This document shows, in pieces, positions 28,672 to 36,838 of a DNA stretch of 64,000 nucleotides (position 1 is its first letter; each line of letters begins with the position of its first letter). Under the pieces are notes generated by a model. The model had not been told where the DNA came from. It worked only from the letters and a program-made list of their open reading frames with translations, and searched no databases. Origin of the DNA: Candidatus Poriferihabitaceae bacterium (GTDB lineage Bacteria; Pseudomonadota; Gammaproteobacteria; Arenicellales; Poriferihabitantaceae); the NCBI GenBank assembly GCA_965204165.1, contig OZ241969.1, positions 498,910 to 562,909 of the forward strand. The letters run 5' to 3'. Both the position numbers and the translations under genes were made by a program.

Positions 28672-29433
28672 TCAGCAGGTTACCGGCTGGCTGGAATACC
28701 GGTCATGGGGAATGACCTCCGTGGTGCCCGCCGCGAGCGCGCGCACGTCGTCGATCTCGTTTTCCAGGGCGAGGCGGAAGCCGAACCGAATGAAGAATTC
28801 CTCGTAGAGTTCACCGCCCCTGGTGCCCACGGCATAAAAACGGTCATTCGCCCCGTCATATTCCAGATCCACCGTGGTGAGCGGCTGCCGGGCCGGGCCG
28901 CCGATCACTTCCGCGCCCCGGGACGGGTCGTACACGCTTCGCTCCGAACAGCAGTAGATGATCTGACTGCGTTCGCTCACCTGCTCGTTACTGTCCATGT
29001 AGCGGGTCAGTTCCGGCCTGAAATTGAGAAAGCTCACCGTGCGGGTGGGATAGCTGAGCTTGTGGGCGCAGATGGCGGAAAACGCCACCACCGAGGCGCC
29101 GGGGCCCGCCCCGCCCCGCCAGCGGTAGTGCTGGCCGTCCTCCGTGGCGAGATCACGGCCGGTGTTCAGGCTGCGGCCGATGTCCACCAGGAAGCAGGGC
29201 GTGGTGATGTGCGGGTAATGGAAAATGAACGCATCACCCCGGGACAGCGCGTCGCTGCCGATCGGCTCCCCCAGGTGATCCACGAGCAATACCCGGTTGT
29301 AGCTGCGCAAGGGCTCCGATCTCACCACCATGGCGGGATTCGAGGCCACGGCCGCGACTGTCGCCAGGCAGGTCTTGACGAAACCGCGCCGTGTGGACAA
29401 ACTGGATTTCTGTTTCATGTTCCGGTTACTCAA
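28672..29433 (-). CDS. Tat-exported Rieske-fold protein resembling arsenite-oxidase small subunit (AioB), with non-canonical cluster ligands
   Basis: Twin-arginine signal STRRGFVKTCLATVAAVA. FIFHYPHITTPCFLVDIG, GGAGPGASVVAFSAICAHKLS and IIYCCSERSVYD...LEYDGANDRFYAVG parallel the AioB Rieske domain as I recall it. Box I reads CAHKLS (not CTHMGC) and box II reads CCSE (not CPCH). Confidence 0.5.
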   Translation of the reverse strand: MSNRNMKQKSSLSTRRGFVKTCLATVAAVASNPAMVVRSEPLRSYNRVLLVDHLGEPIGSDALSRGDAFIFHYPHITTPCFLVDIGRSLNTGRDLATEDGQHYRWRGGAGPGASVVAFSAICAHKLSYPTRTVSFLNFRPELTRYMDSNEQVSERSQIIYCCSERSVYDPSRGAEVIGGPARQPLTTVDLEYDGANDRFYAVGTRGGELYEEFFIRFGFRLALENEIDDVRALAAGTTEVIPHDRYSSQPVTC

Positions 29434-29442
29434 GGACGGATT

Positions 29443-30204
29443 CTACCAGCCGAGGAAGAGCCGGGAGGACAGTTTCGTCTCCGTGCCATCCTCCCGGCGG
29501 ACGATCAGTTGCCCCTCCCCGTCCACCCCGGCGCCGACACCCTGGATCGTGCCGCCGGCATGCCGGATGGACACCTGGCAGTCCGCCACGTCCGCCCGCG
29601 CTTTCCACGTTGCGAGCACATGGCCAAAACCCCGATCATCCCACAGATTGATCCAGGAGACGAACTCCCTGGCCCATGACTCGAACAGGTCCAGGGGCGT
29701 GATGGAATCATTGCCTTCCGCCTGGTGCAGGCTCATCTGCTCCGCTTCGCCGGATTCGGGGGCGCTGGCCACGTTCACGGCCAGGGTGGCGGTCAGCCAC
29801 CGTCTGGCGGGGGATTCTCCCCGATCCAGCCACACCGACGCGACGCGGTAGGAGGCGATCCGGATCTCGTTCGGCCAGCCGAACCTGAGTGCGGTCAGGG
29901 GCGAGACGTGGGCGGCGATCGCGTTGCACAGGCTGACCAGGGAGACGAACAGGATCTCGTGGTCCCGGTCCGGCGGAAACTCGGGCTCCAGCACCAGCGC
30001 CGCATGGAGATTGCCGGGGCCGGTGTCCGGGGCTCCGGCACCGCCTGCCCCTGCCGGCTGCGACCGTTCCTCATCGGCCAGGATCAGGGTGCCCTCCTCG
30101 GCGCCGCCGGACGCCGCTTCCATCGCATGGTCCCGCAGGTTCCCCACCTCGGGGAGATGAACCAGGCGATAGGCTGCCGGCAGAACCGGGAGGTCTCGGT
30201 CCAT
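29443..30204 (-). CDS. biotin/lipoate protein ligase (BPL_LplA_LipB)-like protein, degenerate active site
   Basis: 253 aa with a BirA-like core (NLHAALVLEP, RFGWPNEIRI, C-terminal SH3-like GVDGEGQLIVRREDG). The GRGRxGR loop is absent, and KWPND reads GWPNE. Confidence 0.5.
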   Translation of the reverse strand: MDRDLPVLPAAYRLVHLPEVGNLRDHAMEAASGGAEEGTLILADEERSQPAGAGGAGAPDTGPGNLHAALVLEPEFPPDRDHEILFVSLVSLCNAIAAHVSPLTALRFGWPNEIRIASYRVASVWLDRGESPARRWLTATLAVNVASAPESGEAEQMSLHQAEGNDSITPLDLFESWAREFVSWINLWDDRGFGHVLATWKARADVADCQVSIRHAGGTIQGVGAGVDGEGQLIVRREDGTETKLSSRLFLGW

Positions 30205-30951
30205 TCAGTTGAACTTCCGGTTGATGTCGCCGAGCACCTGGACCAGGGTTTCATGGCCCTGCTCCTCGGCATAGGTGATCGGCGTGCGCCCCTCCATGTC
30301 CGGCATGTCCCTGCGGGCGCCGTGCCCGAGCAGATTGACCGCCACGGCCGTATGGCCCATGGCGGCGGCATGATGCAGTGCCGTGGCGCCCTGGTCGTCC
30401 CGGGCGTTGATCTCGATGCCCGGGGATTCCAGCAGCAGGTCCACCACGCTTTCCCTGTTCTCGTAGGCCGAGCGGTGCAGGGGCGTCCACAGGAACACGT
30501 CCCGGGTATTGATATCCGCCCCTGCGCCGATCAGCTGCCGGGTCACCGCCACGCTGCCCTTTGCCGCGGCGATCATGAGCGCGCTCCAGCCGTTGGCGCC
30601 GCGGGCATTGACATCGACGCCGGCGTCCAGGATCGGGCCGACGCAGCGAGGGTCGCCGGTGACCGCGGCGAACATCAGTGCCGTGCCGCCGTTCTCGTTG
30701 CTGGCACCCGGGTCCGCACCCATGGAAAGCAGTTTTTCGATCTGGCCGCACCGGCCCGCCCGGGCCACCACCATCAGGGCGGTTCTGCCCGCCGCGGTGG
30801 ACTCGTTGATGTCCGCCACCATATCGCTGAGACGGATCACCCGTTCCACATCCGCCGAGTGGATGGCGCGGCGGAAACTGTCGTCCGCCGGCGCCGGGAG
30901 GCAGGCCCCGGACAGCACCAGCAATGCAAGGAGCCTACGCGCTTGCCACAT
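30205..30951 (-). CDS. secreted ankyrin-repeat protein
   Basis: Start at ATG 30951 (MWQARRLLALLVLSGACLPAPADD is a signal peptide); ATG 30960 is the alternative. About six ANK repeats (GRTALMVVA, GGTALMFAA, GWSALMIAA, WTPLHRSA, GATALHHAA, GRTPITYA). Its stop abuts the start of the BirA-like gene. Confidence 0.8.
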   Translation of the reverse strand: MWQARRLLALLVLSGACLPAPADDSFRRAIHSADVERVIRLSDMVADINESTAAGRTALMVVARAGRCGQIEKLLSMGADPGASNENGGTALMFAAVTGDPRCVGPILDAGVDVNARGANGWSALMIAAAKGSVAVTRQLIGAGADINTRDVFLWTPLHRSAYENRESVVDLLLESPGIEINARDDQGATALHHAAAMGHTAVAVNLLGHGARRDMPDMEGRTPITYAEEQGHETLVQVLGDINRKFN

Positions 30952-31435
30952 GGGTAGCATAGTGGCTCGTGACCTCCCGCATGGCGGCATCGGCGTCGTA
31001 GCGGCCCGTCAGCCGGATCATGGCATCATGTTTCACGGCATCGCCGAGGATGGAACGGTAACCGTCGCGCTCGCGTTGGCCGAGTTGCAGCTGCTGGGAA
31101 TGGATCACCCGGAATTTTCCGTCGGCAAAGAAGAACCGCAGGTGCTGCTGTTCGACCAGGTTCTCCAGCGTCCTGAACTGCAACCTGCCAAGGCCCGGGG
31201 TGAGCAGCACCTCCCCGGCCAGCGGGTCTTCCGGACGGGTGGCGACCTCGAAGCGCAGCATCACCACGGCCGCACTCGCGCATTCGATCACGTCCGCCTC
31301 CAGCGCCACCGGCACGGGGGCCCGGCACTTTCCGAGTATCCGCCGGTCCTCCCTGCACTCCGGGCCGCCCAGACCGAAAAATACCGCGGTTTCCCATGTT
31401 CCGTGATCCAGGCGCACCGGCAGACAGGTGGTCAT
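30935..31435 (-). CDS. hypothetical protein (first gene of the ankyrin operon)
   Basis: ORF 30935..31486 in the track. ATG 31435 (MTTCLPVRLDHGTWE...) is preferred, with ATG 31453 or TTG 31486 possible. No motif recognised. It overlaps the ankyrin start by 17 nt. Confidence 0.35.
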   Translation of the reverse strand: MTTCLPVRLDHGTWETAVFFGLGGPECREDRRILGKCRAPVPVALEADVIECASAAVVMLRFEVATRPEDPLAGEVLLTPGLGRLQFRTLENLVEQQHLRFFFADGKFRVIHSQQLQLGQRERDGYRSILGDAVKHDAMIRLTGRYDADAAMREVTSHYATHVASA

Positions 31436-31651
31436 CACGCCGCCTGAACGCATTCTGCTCACGATTTCAGGAGGAAACTGCTGCAACGGTAATTACCGGT
31501 TGGATGCCTTCTGCCGGGCACAACGCCCGGACAGTGCGATCGGGACAGGGGGGAACCCCACGGCGGCGCCCCCGGACTTCACTGGTCCCGCGCCGTCGCG
31601 GGCCGGACGGGGGACCCGCGCCTCCGGGCTGCCCGCCATGCCTGGCACACT

Positions 31652-31676
31652 AAAAACCCCTGCAATGCAGGGGTTT
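31652..31676 (-). terminator. rho-independent terminator of the formate dehydrogenase operon
   Basis: On the minus strand, AAACCCCTGC-ATT-GCAGGGGTTT is followed by a U-run (plus-strand AAAAA at 31652-31656). It begins about 22 nt after the FDH gamma stop (31699). Confidence 0.65.
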
Positions 31677-31698
31677 GTTAGTGGTCGGCGACGTCAGG

Positions 31699-32772
31699 TC
31701 AGGTCGTCGACGCATCGGCAGCCACATCCGCATCTGCGCTGGTCTCGGCGGCCTCCGCATCGCTCTCAAGCCCTTCGTACCAAAGATCGTGATGCTGCTT
31801 GGCCCATTCGACACTCACCTTGCCGGTGGTCATGCCTTCCAGCGCGCCCTCGGTACCGATGGTGCCGATATAGACGTGCCCGAAGAACACCACGATCCAG
31901 ATGATGGCCGCAATGGCGTGCACCTGGTGCGCCCACTGCATGGTGGCCCGGCTGCTGTCCATGAATCCCCATTGCGCAGCCCAACCGATGAGTACCAGGC
32001 CGGTGCCGCACACCGCCACCAGGCCAACCAGGATGACGATCCAGTACCAGACCTTCTCGCCGCCATTGGCCTTGCCGGCGCTGGGGTGGGCCTTGCCGAT
32101 GATGCCGCCCCCGGCGGCGAACCACTTCATGTCCACCGCGTTGGGGATGTTGTTCTTGACCCAGAAAAGCAGCATGGCGAACACGCCGATGGTGAAAAAC
32201 GGGCCCACGTAGTTATGCACGTTGATGGACAGGTTGGCCCAGGCGGCGAACCCCTGGGGTCCCATCAGCGGGATCAGCACCGCGCGCCCGAACAGTATGC
32301 TGAGGCCGGTGATGGTCAGAAGGACGAACAGGGTCGCCGTGTACCAGTGCATCAGGCGTTCCAGCCCGCTCCAGCGAGCCACGGTAAGCCCCGATTTTTC
32401 CCCCTCGATGCGGATCCGCCCGCGCAGGAGGAAAAACAGGAAGATCAGGCCGAGGGAACCCAGGACGGCCCAGCCGCCGTAGTTCGCGATCAGCCCGTTG
32501 CGCAACTGGCGCCAGTTCTGGCCGCCGTTGTTGATGAACACCCCGGCCTCGGGCCCCGTGACCGAGCTGTACCCTGCCTGTCCCTCACGCACCAGGCGCC
32601 AGAAGTTGGCCCGCTGGTTGGTGTCGTTGGCTACCTGGGCATAGGCGTCCTCACCCCCCGTCACGAGGTAGGACGCCATCGGCAGAGCCATCGCGCTGAG
32701 CACGATGAACAGGATGGACCAGTTCATGGCGCGCCGGCGACGGCGGTTCTTGTCAGCTTTTTCTGTATTCAT
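31699..32772 (-). CDS. formate dehydrogenase gamma subunit (membrane cytochrome b)
   Basis: 357 aa with several TM helices and conserved His residues (RLMHWYTA, NVHNYVGP, WAHQVHAIAAI, FFGHVYIG). A large periplasmic N-terminal extension is present. Confidence 0.8.
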   Translation of the reverse strand: MNTEKADKNRRRRRAMNWSILFIVLSAMALPMASYLVTGGEDAYAQVANDTNQRANFWRLVREGQAGYSSVTGPEAGVFINNGGQNWRQLRNGLIANYGGWAVLGSLGLIFLFFLLRGRIRIEGEKSGLTVARWSGLERLMHWYTATLFVLLTITGLSILFGRAVLIPLMGPQGFAAWANLSINVHNYVGPFFTIGVFAMLLFWVKNNIPNAVDMKWFAAGGGIIGKAHPSAGKANGGEKVWYWIVILVGLVAVCGTGLVLIGWAAQWGFMDSSRATMQWAHQVHAIAAIIWIVVFFGHVYIGTIGTEGALEGMTTGKVSVEWAKQHHDLWYEGLESDAEAAETSADADVAADASTT

Positions 32773-32792
32773 TGTTCTCCCCGATGACTGGT

Positions 32793-32972
32793 TTACCGAT
32801 CCCGTTGCCCGTCCAGGCGCTCCTGCAATGCGGCGCTGTCGGCGCTGAGGTCATCCGACGGCCCATAGTACTCGCCGGGCTGGTGAAAGGTCACGTCGGT
32901 GGACTCCCAGCAGCCGGCCAGTGCAAGGCATGCCAGCAACAGGATCAATGAATGGAGTGTTTTTCTGTGCAT
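32793..32972 (-). CDS. small lipoprotein (59 aa) between FDH beta and gamma genes
   Basis: My own translation gives MHRKTLHSLILLLACLALAGCWESTDVTFHQPGEYYGPSDDLSADSAALQERLDGQRDR, with the lipobox LAGC. A GAGGG SD lies upstream of the ATG at 32972. At 59 aa it is one residue shorter than the shortest ORFs (60 aa) listed in the track. Confidence 0.5.
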   Translation of the reverse strand: MHRKTLHSLILLLACLALAGCWESTDVTFHQPGEYYGPSDDLSADSAALQERLDGQRDR

Positions 32973-33064
32973 GTCGACCCTCGGATTGGGAATTGCCCGG
33001 CGCCGTCACCGGCGCCGGTAAACCAGGAAACCGGGGCGGGTGCGAAACCCGCCCCGACCAGGAC

Positions 33065-33649
33065 TCAACTACCGTAAGCGGTTTCCCAACCCCAGGTCTG
33101 CGGTCTTCCACCGCGGCGCAGGATCCGCTCGCGGTAGATGTCCGCGACCATGTCGCCGTCACCGGCGATGAGCGCCTTGGTGGAGCACATCTCCGCGCAG
33201 AGCGGCAGCTTGCCTTCCGCAATCCGGTTGCCTCCGTACTTCTCGCGCTCGGCCACGGAATTGTCGTCCAGGGGACCGCCGGCACAGAAAGTGCACTTGT
33301 CCATCTTGCCGCGCACGCCGAAGGCCTCTTGCTGCGGGTACTGCGGCGCGCCGAACGGACAGGCGTAGAAACAGTAGCCGCAACCGATGCAGAGATCCTT
33401 GTCGTGCAGCACCACGCCATCGTTTGTGGTGTAGAAGCAGTCCACCGGGCACACTGCGGAGCAGGGTGCGTCGGTGCAGTGCATGCAGGCCACGGAGATG
33501 GATTTCTCACCGGCCTGGCCGTCACCGAGCGTGATGACGCGACGCCGGTTCACGCCCCAGGGAACCTCGTTCTCGTTCTTGCAGGCGGTTACGCAGCCGT
33601 TGCATTCGATGCAGCGTTCGGCGTCACACAGGAATTTCATTCTTGCCAT
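33065..33649 (-). CDS. formate dehydrogenase beta subunit (4Fe-4S ferredoxin-type)
   Basis: 194 aa with four Cys clusters (CIECNGCVTAC, CMHCTDAPCSAVCP, CIGCGYCFYACP, CTFC...CAEMC). Confidence 0.9.
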   Translation of the reverse strand: MARMKFLCDAERCIECNGCVTACKNENEVPWGVNRRRVITLGDGQAGEKSISVACMHCTDAPCSAVCPVDCFYTTNDGVVLHDKDLCIGCGYCFYACPFGAPQYPQQEAFGVRGKMDKCTFCAGGPLDDNSVAEREKYGGNRIAEGKLPLCAEMCSTKALIAGDGDMVADIYRERILRRGGRPQTWGWETAYGS

Positions 33650-33665
33650 GTTCGTATCCTCCAGC

Positions 33666-36530
33666 TTAAGCGAGTGTGATGCGGCAGAGAGTCACTTTAC
33701 TCTCCTGCATCTGGGTTACGGAATCGTATCCGTAGGTGAACGCGGTGTTCGCCGCCTCGCCCCGGACATATGGTGCGGTCCCCTCAGGATACTTGTCCAC
33801 GAGGTCCACGCCCTCGTAGTGACCGCCGAAGTGGAACGGGGTGAATACCACGCCCGGCCCCACGCGCTGGGTGACCATTGCCTTGACCTTGATCTTTGAC
33901 CCCTCGGGGCTTTCGATCCAGATCATGTCGCCGTCCTTCACGTTGTGATCATTGGCGTCCTTGGGATTGATCTCCGCGAACATCTCCTGCTGCAGTTCCG
34001 CCAGCCAGGGATTGGACCGGGACTCCTCGCCGCCGCCCTCGTATTCCACCAGCCGTCCGCTGGTGTGAATGATCGGGAATTCCTTGGAGTAATCCTGGGC
34101 CTGGATGGAGGCGTACCTGGTGGGCAGGCGGTAGAACCGCTTGCGGTCCTCGTAGGTGGGATATTTCGCCACCAGCTCGCGGTCCGGCGCGTAGAGCGGC
34201 TCGCGATGGATCGGCACCCGGTCCGGGAAGGTCCAGACGATGGCCCGGGCCTTGGCGTTGCCAAACGGTGCGCAGCCATGCTTGATGGCCACCCGCTGGA
34301 TGCCGCCGGACAGGTCGGTTTTCCAGTTCTTGCCGTCGGCCAGCGCCTTTTCCTCGGGGGTCAGGTCATCCCACCAGCCCAGGGTTTTCAGCATGTCGGC
34401 GGTGAACTCCGGATGGCCGTCCTGGATCTCGTTGCCTACCGGCCAGGAATCCTCTGCGAGGATGTTGGTGCCTTCATGCTCCACACCGAAGCGGGCGCGG
34501 AAGTTCAGTCCTCCCTCGGCCACGGGCTTGCTCGGATCGTACAGCACCGGGGTTCCCGGGTGCTTCATCTCGGCCGTTCCCCAGCAGGGCCAGGGCATGC
34601 CGTAGAAGTCGCCGTCGCAGGGGCCACCTGCCGCCTTCAGCGTCGTGGTGTCGAAGGTGTGCTTGTTCTCCATGTGAAGCTTGAGGCGTTCCGGGCTCTG
34701 GCCGGTGTAGCCGATGGTCCACATGCCCTTGTTGAACTCGCGGGTGATGTCCTCGATCAGCGGCTCGTCGTTGTTGACCTCGATGTTCTTGCACAGCTGG
34801 TCGGCGATGCCGAGTTTCTTCGCCAGCTTGTAGAGGATCGTGTGGTCAGGCAGCGATTCGAACAGCGGCTCGATGACCTTCTCGCGCCATTGCAGGGAGC
34901 GGTTCGACGCGGTGACCGAGCCGTAGGTCTCGAACTGCGTGGTGCCCGGCAGCAGCCAGATGCCGTCGGTACGGTCGTTCATGACCGCGGCATGGGTCGG
35001 ATAGGGATCGATGATCACCATCATGTCCAGCTTGGCCATGGCCTTCTTCATTTCCGGCCCGCGGGTCTGGCTGTTCACGGCATGCCCCATGTAGACCATG
35101 CAGCGGATGTTGTCCTTCTGCCCGATGTTCTCCTCGAGCACCCCGTCGACCCAGCGGGAGACCGGGATGCCGCGGTAGTTCATCGGATGGGTGGGCTTGC
35201 CGTTGTCGCCCTCGACCTCTTCCTGGCTGAACCGGGACTTGACCCATGCCGGGTCCAGACCCCATACCCGGGACCAGTGGCCCCAGGCGCCGTTGGACAG
35301 GCCGTAGTAGCCGGGGAGGGAATGGGACAGCACGCAGAAGTCGGTAGCGCCCTGCACGTTGTCGTGTCCCCGGAAGATATTGGCGCCGCCGCCCTCCTTG
35401 CCGATGTTGCCGAGGGCAAGCTGGAATGCGCAGTAGGCGCGGGTGTTGTTGTTGCCGATGGTGTGCTGGGTACCGCCCATGCACCAGACGAAGGTCGCCG
35501 GGCTGTTTTCCGCCATCATCTGCGCGGCCCTCTTGACGGTCGCCTCCGGCACGCCGGTGACGCGCTCGGTCTCTTCCGGCGTCCACTTGGCCACCTCGGC
35601 GCGGATCTCGTCCATGCCGTAGACCCGCTGGCGGATGTACTCCTTGTCCTCCCAGCCGTTCTCGAAGATATGCCACATCATGCCCCAGATGATGCCCACG
35701 TCGGATCCCGGACGGATCCGCACGTAGTGATCGGCATGGGCCGCGGTACGCGTGTAGCGCGGGTCGATCACCACCATCTTGGAGCCGTTCTCCTTCGCCC
35801 TGAAGATATGCTGCAGGGAAACCGGGTGGGCTTCCGCCGGGTTGGAGCCGATGAACAGCATGCACTTGGAATTGTGCATGTCGTTGTAGCTGTTGGTCAT
35901 GGCGCCGTAGCCCCAGGTGTTCGCAACGCCCGCCACGGTGGTGGAATGGCAGATGCGCGCCTGGTGGTCGACGTTGTTCGTGCCCCACATTGCGGCGAAC
36001 TTGCGGAACAGGAAGGCCTGCTCGTTGTTGAACTTGGCGGAGCCAAGCCAGTAGACCGAGTCGGGACCGGATTCCTCCCGGATCTTCAGCATACCGTCGC
36101 CGATCTCGTTGACGGCGTCATCCCAGGACTGCCGCTTCCACCGGCCGCCTTCCAGCTTCATCGGGTACTTGAGGCGGCGCTCTCCATGCCCGTGCTCCCG
36201 TACGGCCGCGCCCTTGGCGCAGTGGGAACCCAGGTTGAAGGGGGAGTCGAAGTCCGGCTCCTGGCCGGTCCATACCCCGTTCTGCACCTCGGCCCGCACG
36301 CCGCAGCCCACCGAGCAGTGGGTGCAGACGCTGCGCTTGACGACGATGTCGCCGGTGGCGGCGCTGGCGGCATGGGCCTTTCTCACCCTGCCGGGCATCA
36401 GCGTGGTGGCCGCGGCGCCGGCACCCATGGCCAGCCCGGAACGCTTCAGAAAGGTTCTTCGGTCGATGGACTGTCCGATGCCCGGCTGGCCCTGGCCATC
36501 GGAGCCTGTTTGCTTGCGTATCAGTTTCAT
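33666..36530 (-). CDS. fdhA: formate dehydrogenase alpha subunit (molybdopterin, Tat-exported, Cys-type)
   Basis: 954 aa with Tat signal SIDRRTFLKRSGLAMGAGAA and N-terminal FeS motif CTHCSVGCGV. The active-site context ARICHSTTVAG has Cys where FdnG/FdoG have Sec, and there is no in-frame TGA. Confidence 0.95.
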   Translation of the reverse strand: MKLIRKQTGSDGQGQPGIGQSIDRRTFLKRSGLAMGAGAAATTLMPGRVRKAHAASAATGDIVVKRSVCTHCSVGCGVRAEVQNGVWTGQEPDFDSPFNLGSHCAKGAAVREHGHGERRLKYPMKLEGGRWKRQSWDDAVNEIGDGMLKIREESGPDSVYWLGSAKFNNEQAFLFRKFAAMWGTNNVDHQARICHSTTVAGVANTWGYGAMTNSYNDMHNSKCMLFIGSNPAEAHPVSLQHIFRAKENGSKMVVIDPRYTRTAAHADHYVRIRPGSDVGIIWGMMWHIFENGWEDKEYIRQRVYGMDEIRAEVAKWTPEETERVTGVPEATVKRAAQMMAENSPATFVWCMGGTQHTIGNNNTRAYCAFQLALGNIGKEGGGANIFRGHDNVQGATDFCVLSHSLPGYYGLSNGAWGHWSRVWGLDPAWVKSRFSQEEVEGDNGKPTHPMNYRGIPVSRWVDGVLEENIGQKDNIRCMVYMGHAVNSQTRGPEMKKAMAKLDMMVIIDPYPTHAAVMNDRTDGIWLLPGTTQFETYGSVTASNRSLQWREKVIEPLFESLPDHTILYKLAKKLGIADQLCKNIEVNNDEPLIEDITREFNKGMWTIGYTGQSPERLKLHMENKHTFDTTTLKAAGGPCDGDFYGMPWPCWGTAEMKHPGTPVLYDPSKPVAEGGLNFRARFGVEHEGTNILAEDSWPVGNEIQDGHPEFTADMLKTLGWWDDLTPEEKALADGKNWKTDLSGGIQRVAIKHGCAPFGNAKARAIVWTFPDRVPIHREPLYAPDRELVAKYPTYEDRKRFYRLPTRYASIQAQDYSKEFPIIHTSGRLVEYEGGGEESRSNPWLAELQQEMFAEINPKDANDHNVKDGDMIWIESPEGSKIKVKAMVTQRVGPGVVFTPFHFGGHYEGVDLVDKYPEGTAPYVRGEAANTAFTYGYDSVTQMQESKVTLCRITLA

Positions 36531-36598
36531 GCTTGGTTCTCCTGAGTCGCTGTGCGAATCATCAAGTTTGTATGTATTTCGGTTGCTCCGCCTTCGGC

Positions 36599-36787
36599 CT
36601 ATCTGCGGGCCAGCCGGTAATAGGCACGGACATGATCGGTTTCACGGTAGCCCTGCTTGGCCACGGGTTCCGTGGTCTCCTGTGTGCCGGCAAGCACGCC
36701 GGATGCAGCAGCCCCGGTACCGATCGCCGCGGTGGTCACGGCAGCGCCTTTCAGAAATGCGCGCCTGGCTTTTTCCGGTTTCTTCAT
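36599..36787 (-). CDS. small Tat-signal protein of FDH loci (formate dehydrogenase region TAT target)
   Basis: Start set to ATG 36787 (GAGG SD). MKKPEKARRAFLKGAAVTTAAIGTGAAA is a twin-arginine signal. The 62-aa size and the position immediately upstream of fdhA fit the family I recall as TIGR02811. Confidence 0.6.
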   Translation of the reverse strand: MKKPEKARRAFLKGAAVTTAAIGTGAAASGVLAGTQETTEPVAKQGYRETDHVRAYYRLARR

Positions 36788-36838
36788 GGTGTGTACCTCA
36801 GCTTGATCAAGGTTGGTGTATGTCATTCAGATACAGTC

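Noticed and set aside
33666-36530. Looked for an in-frame TGA (selenocysteine) and a SECIS element in fdhA
   Set aside because: The ORF is uninterrupted and the active-site position is Cys (ARICHSTT). It is not a selenoprotein.
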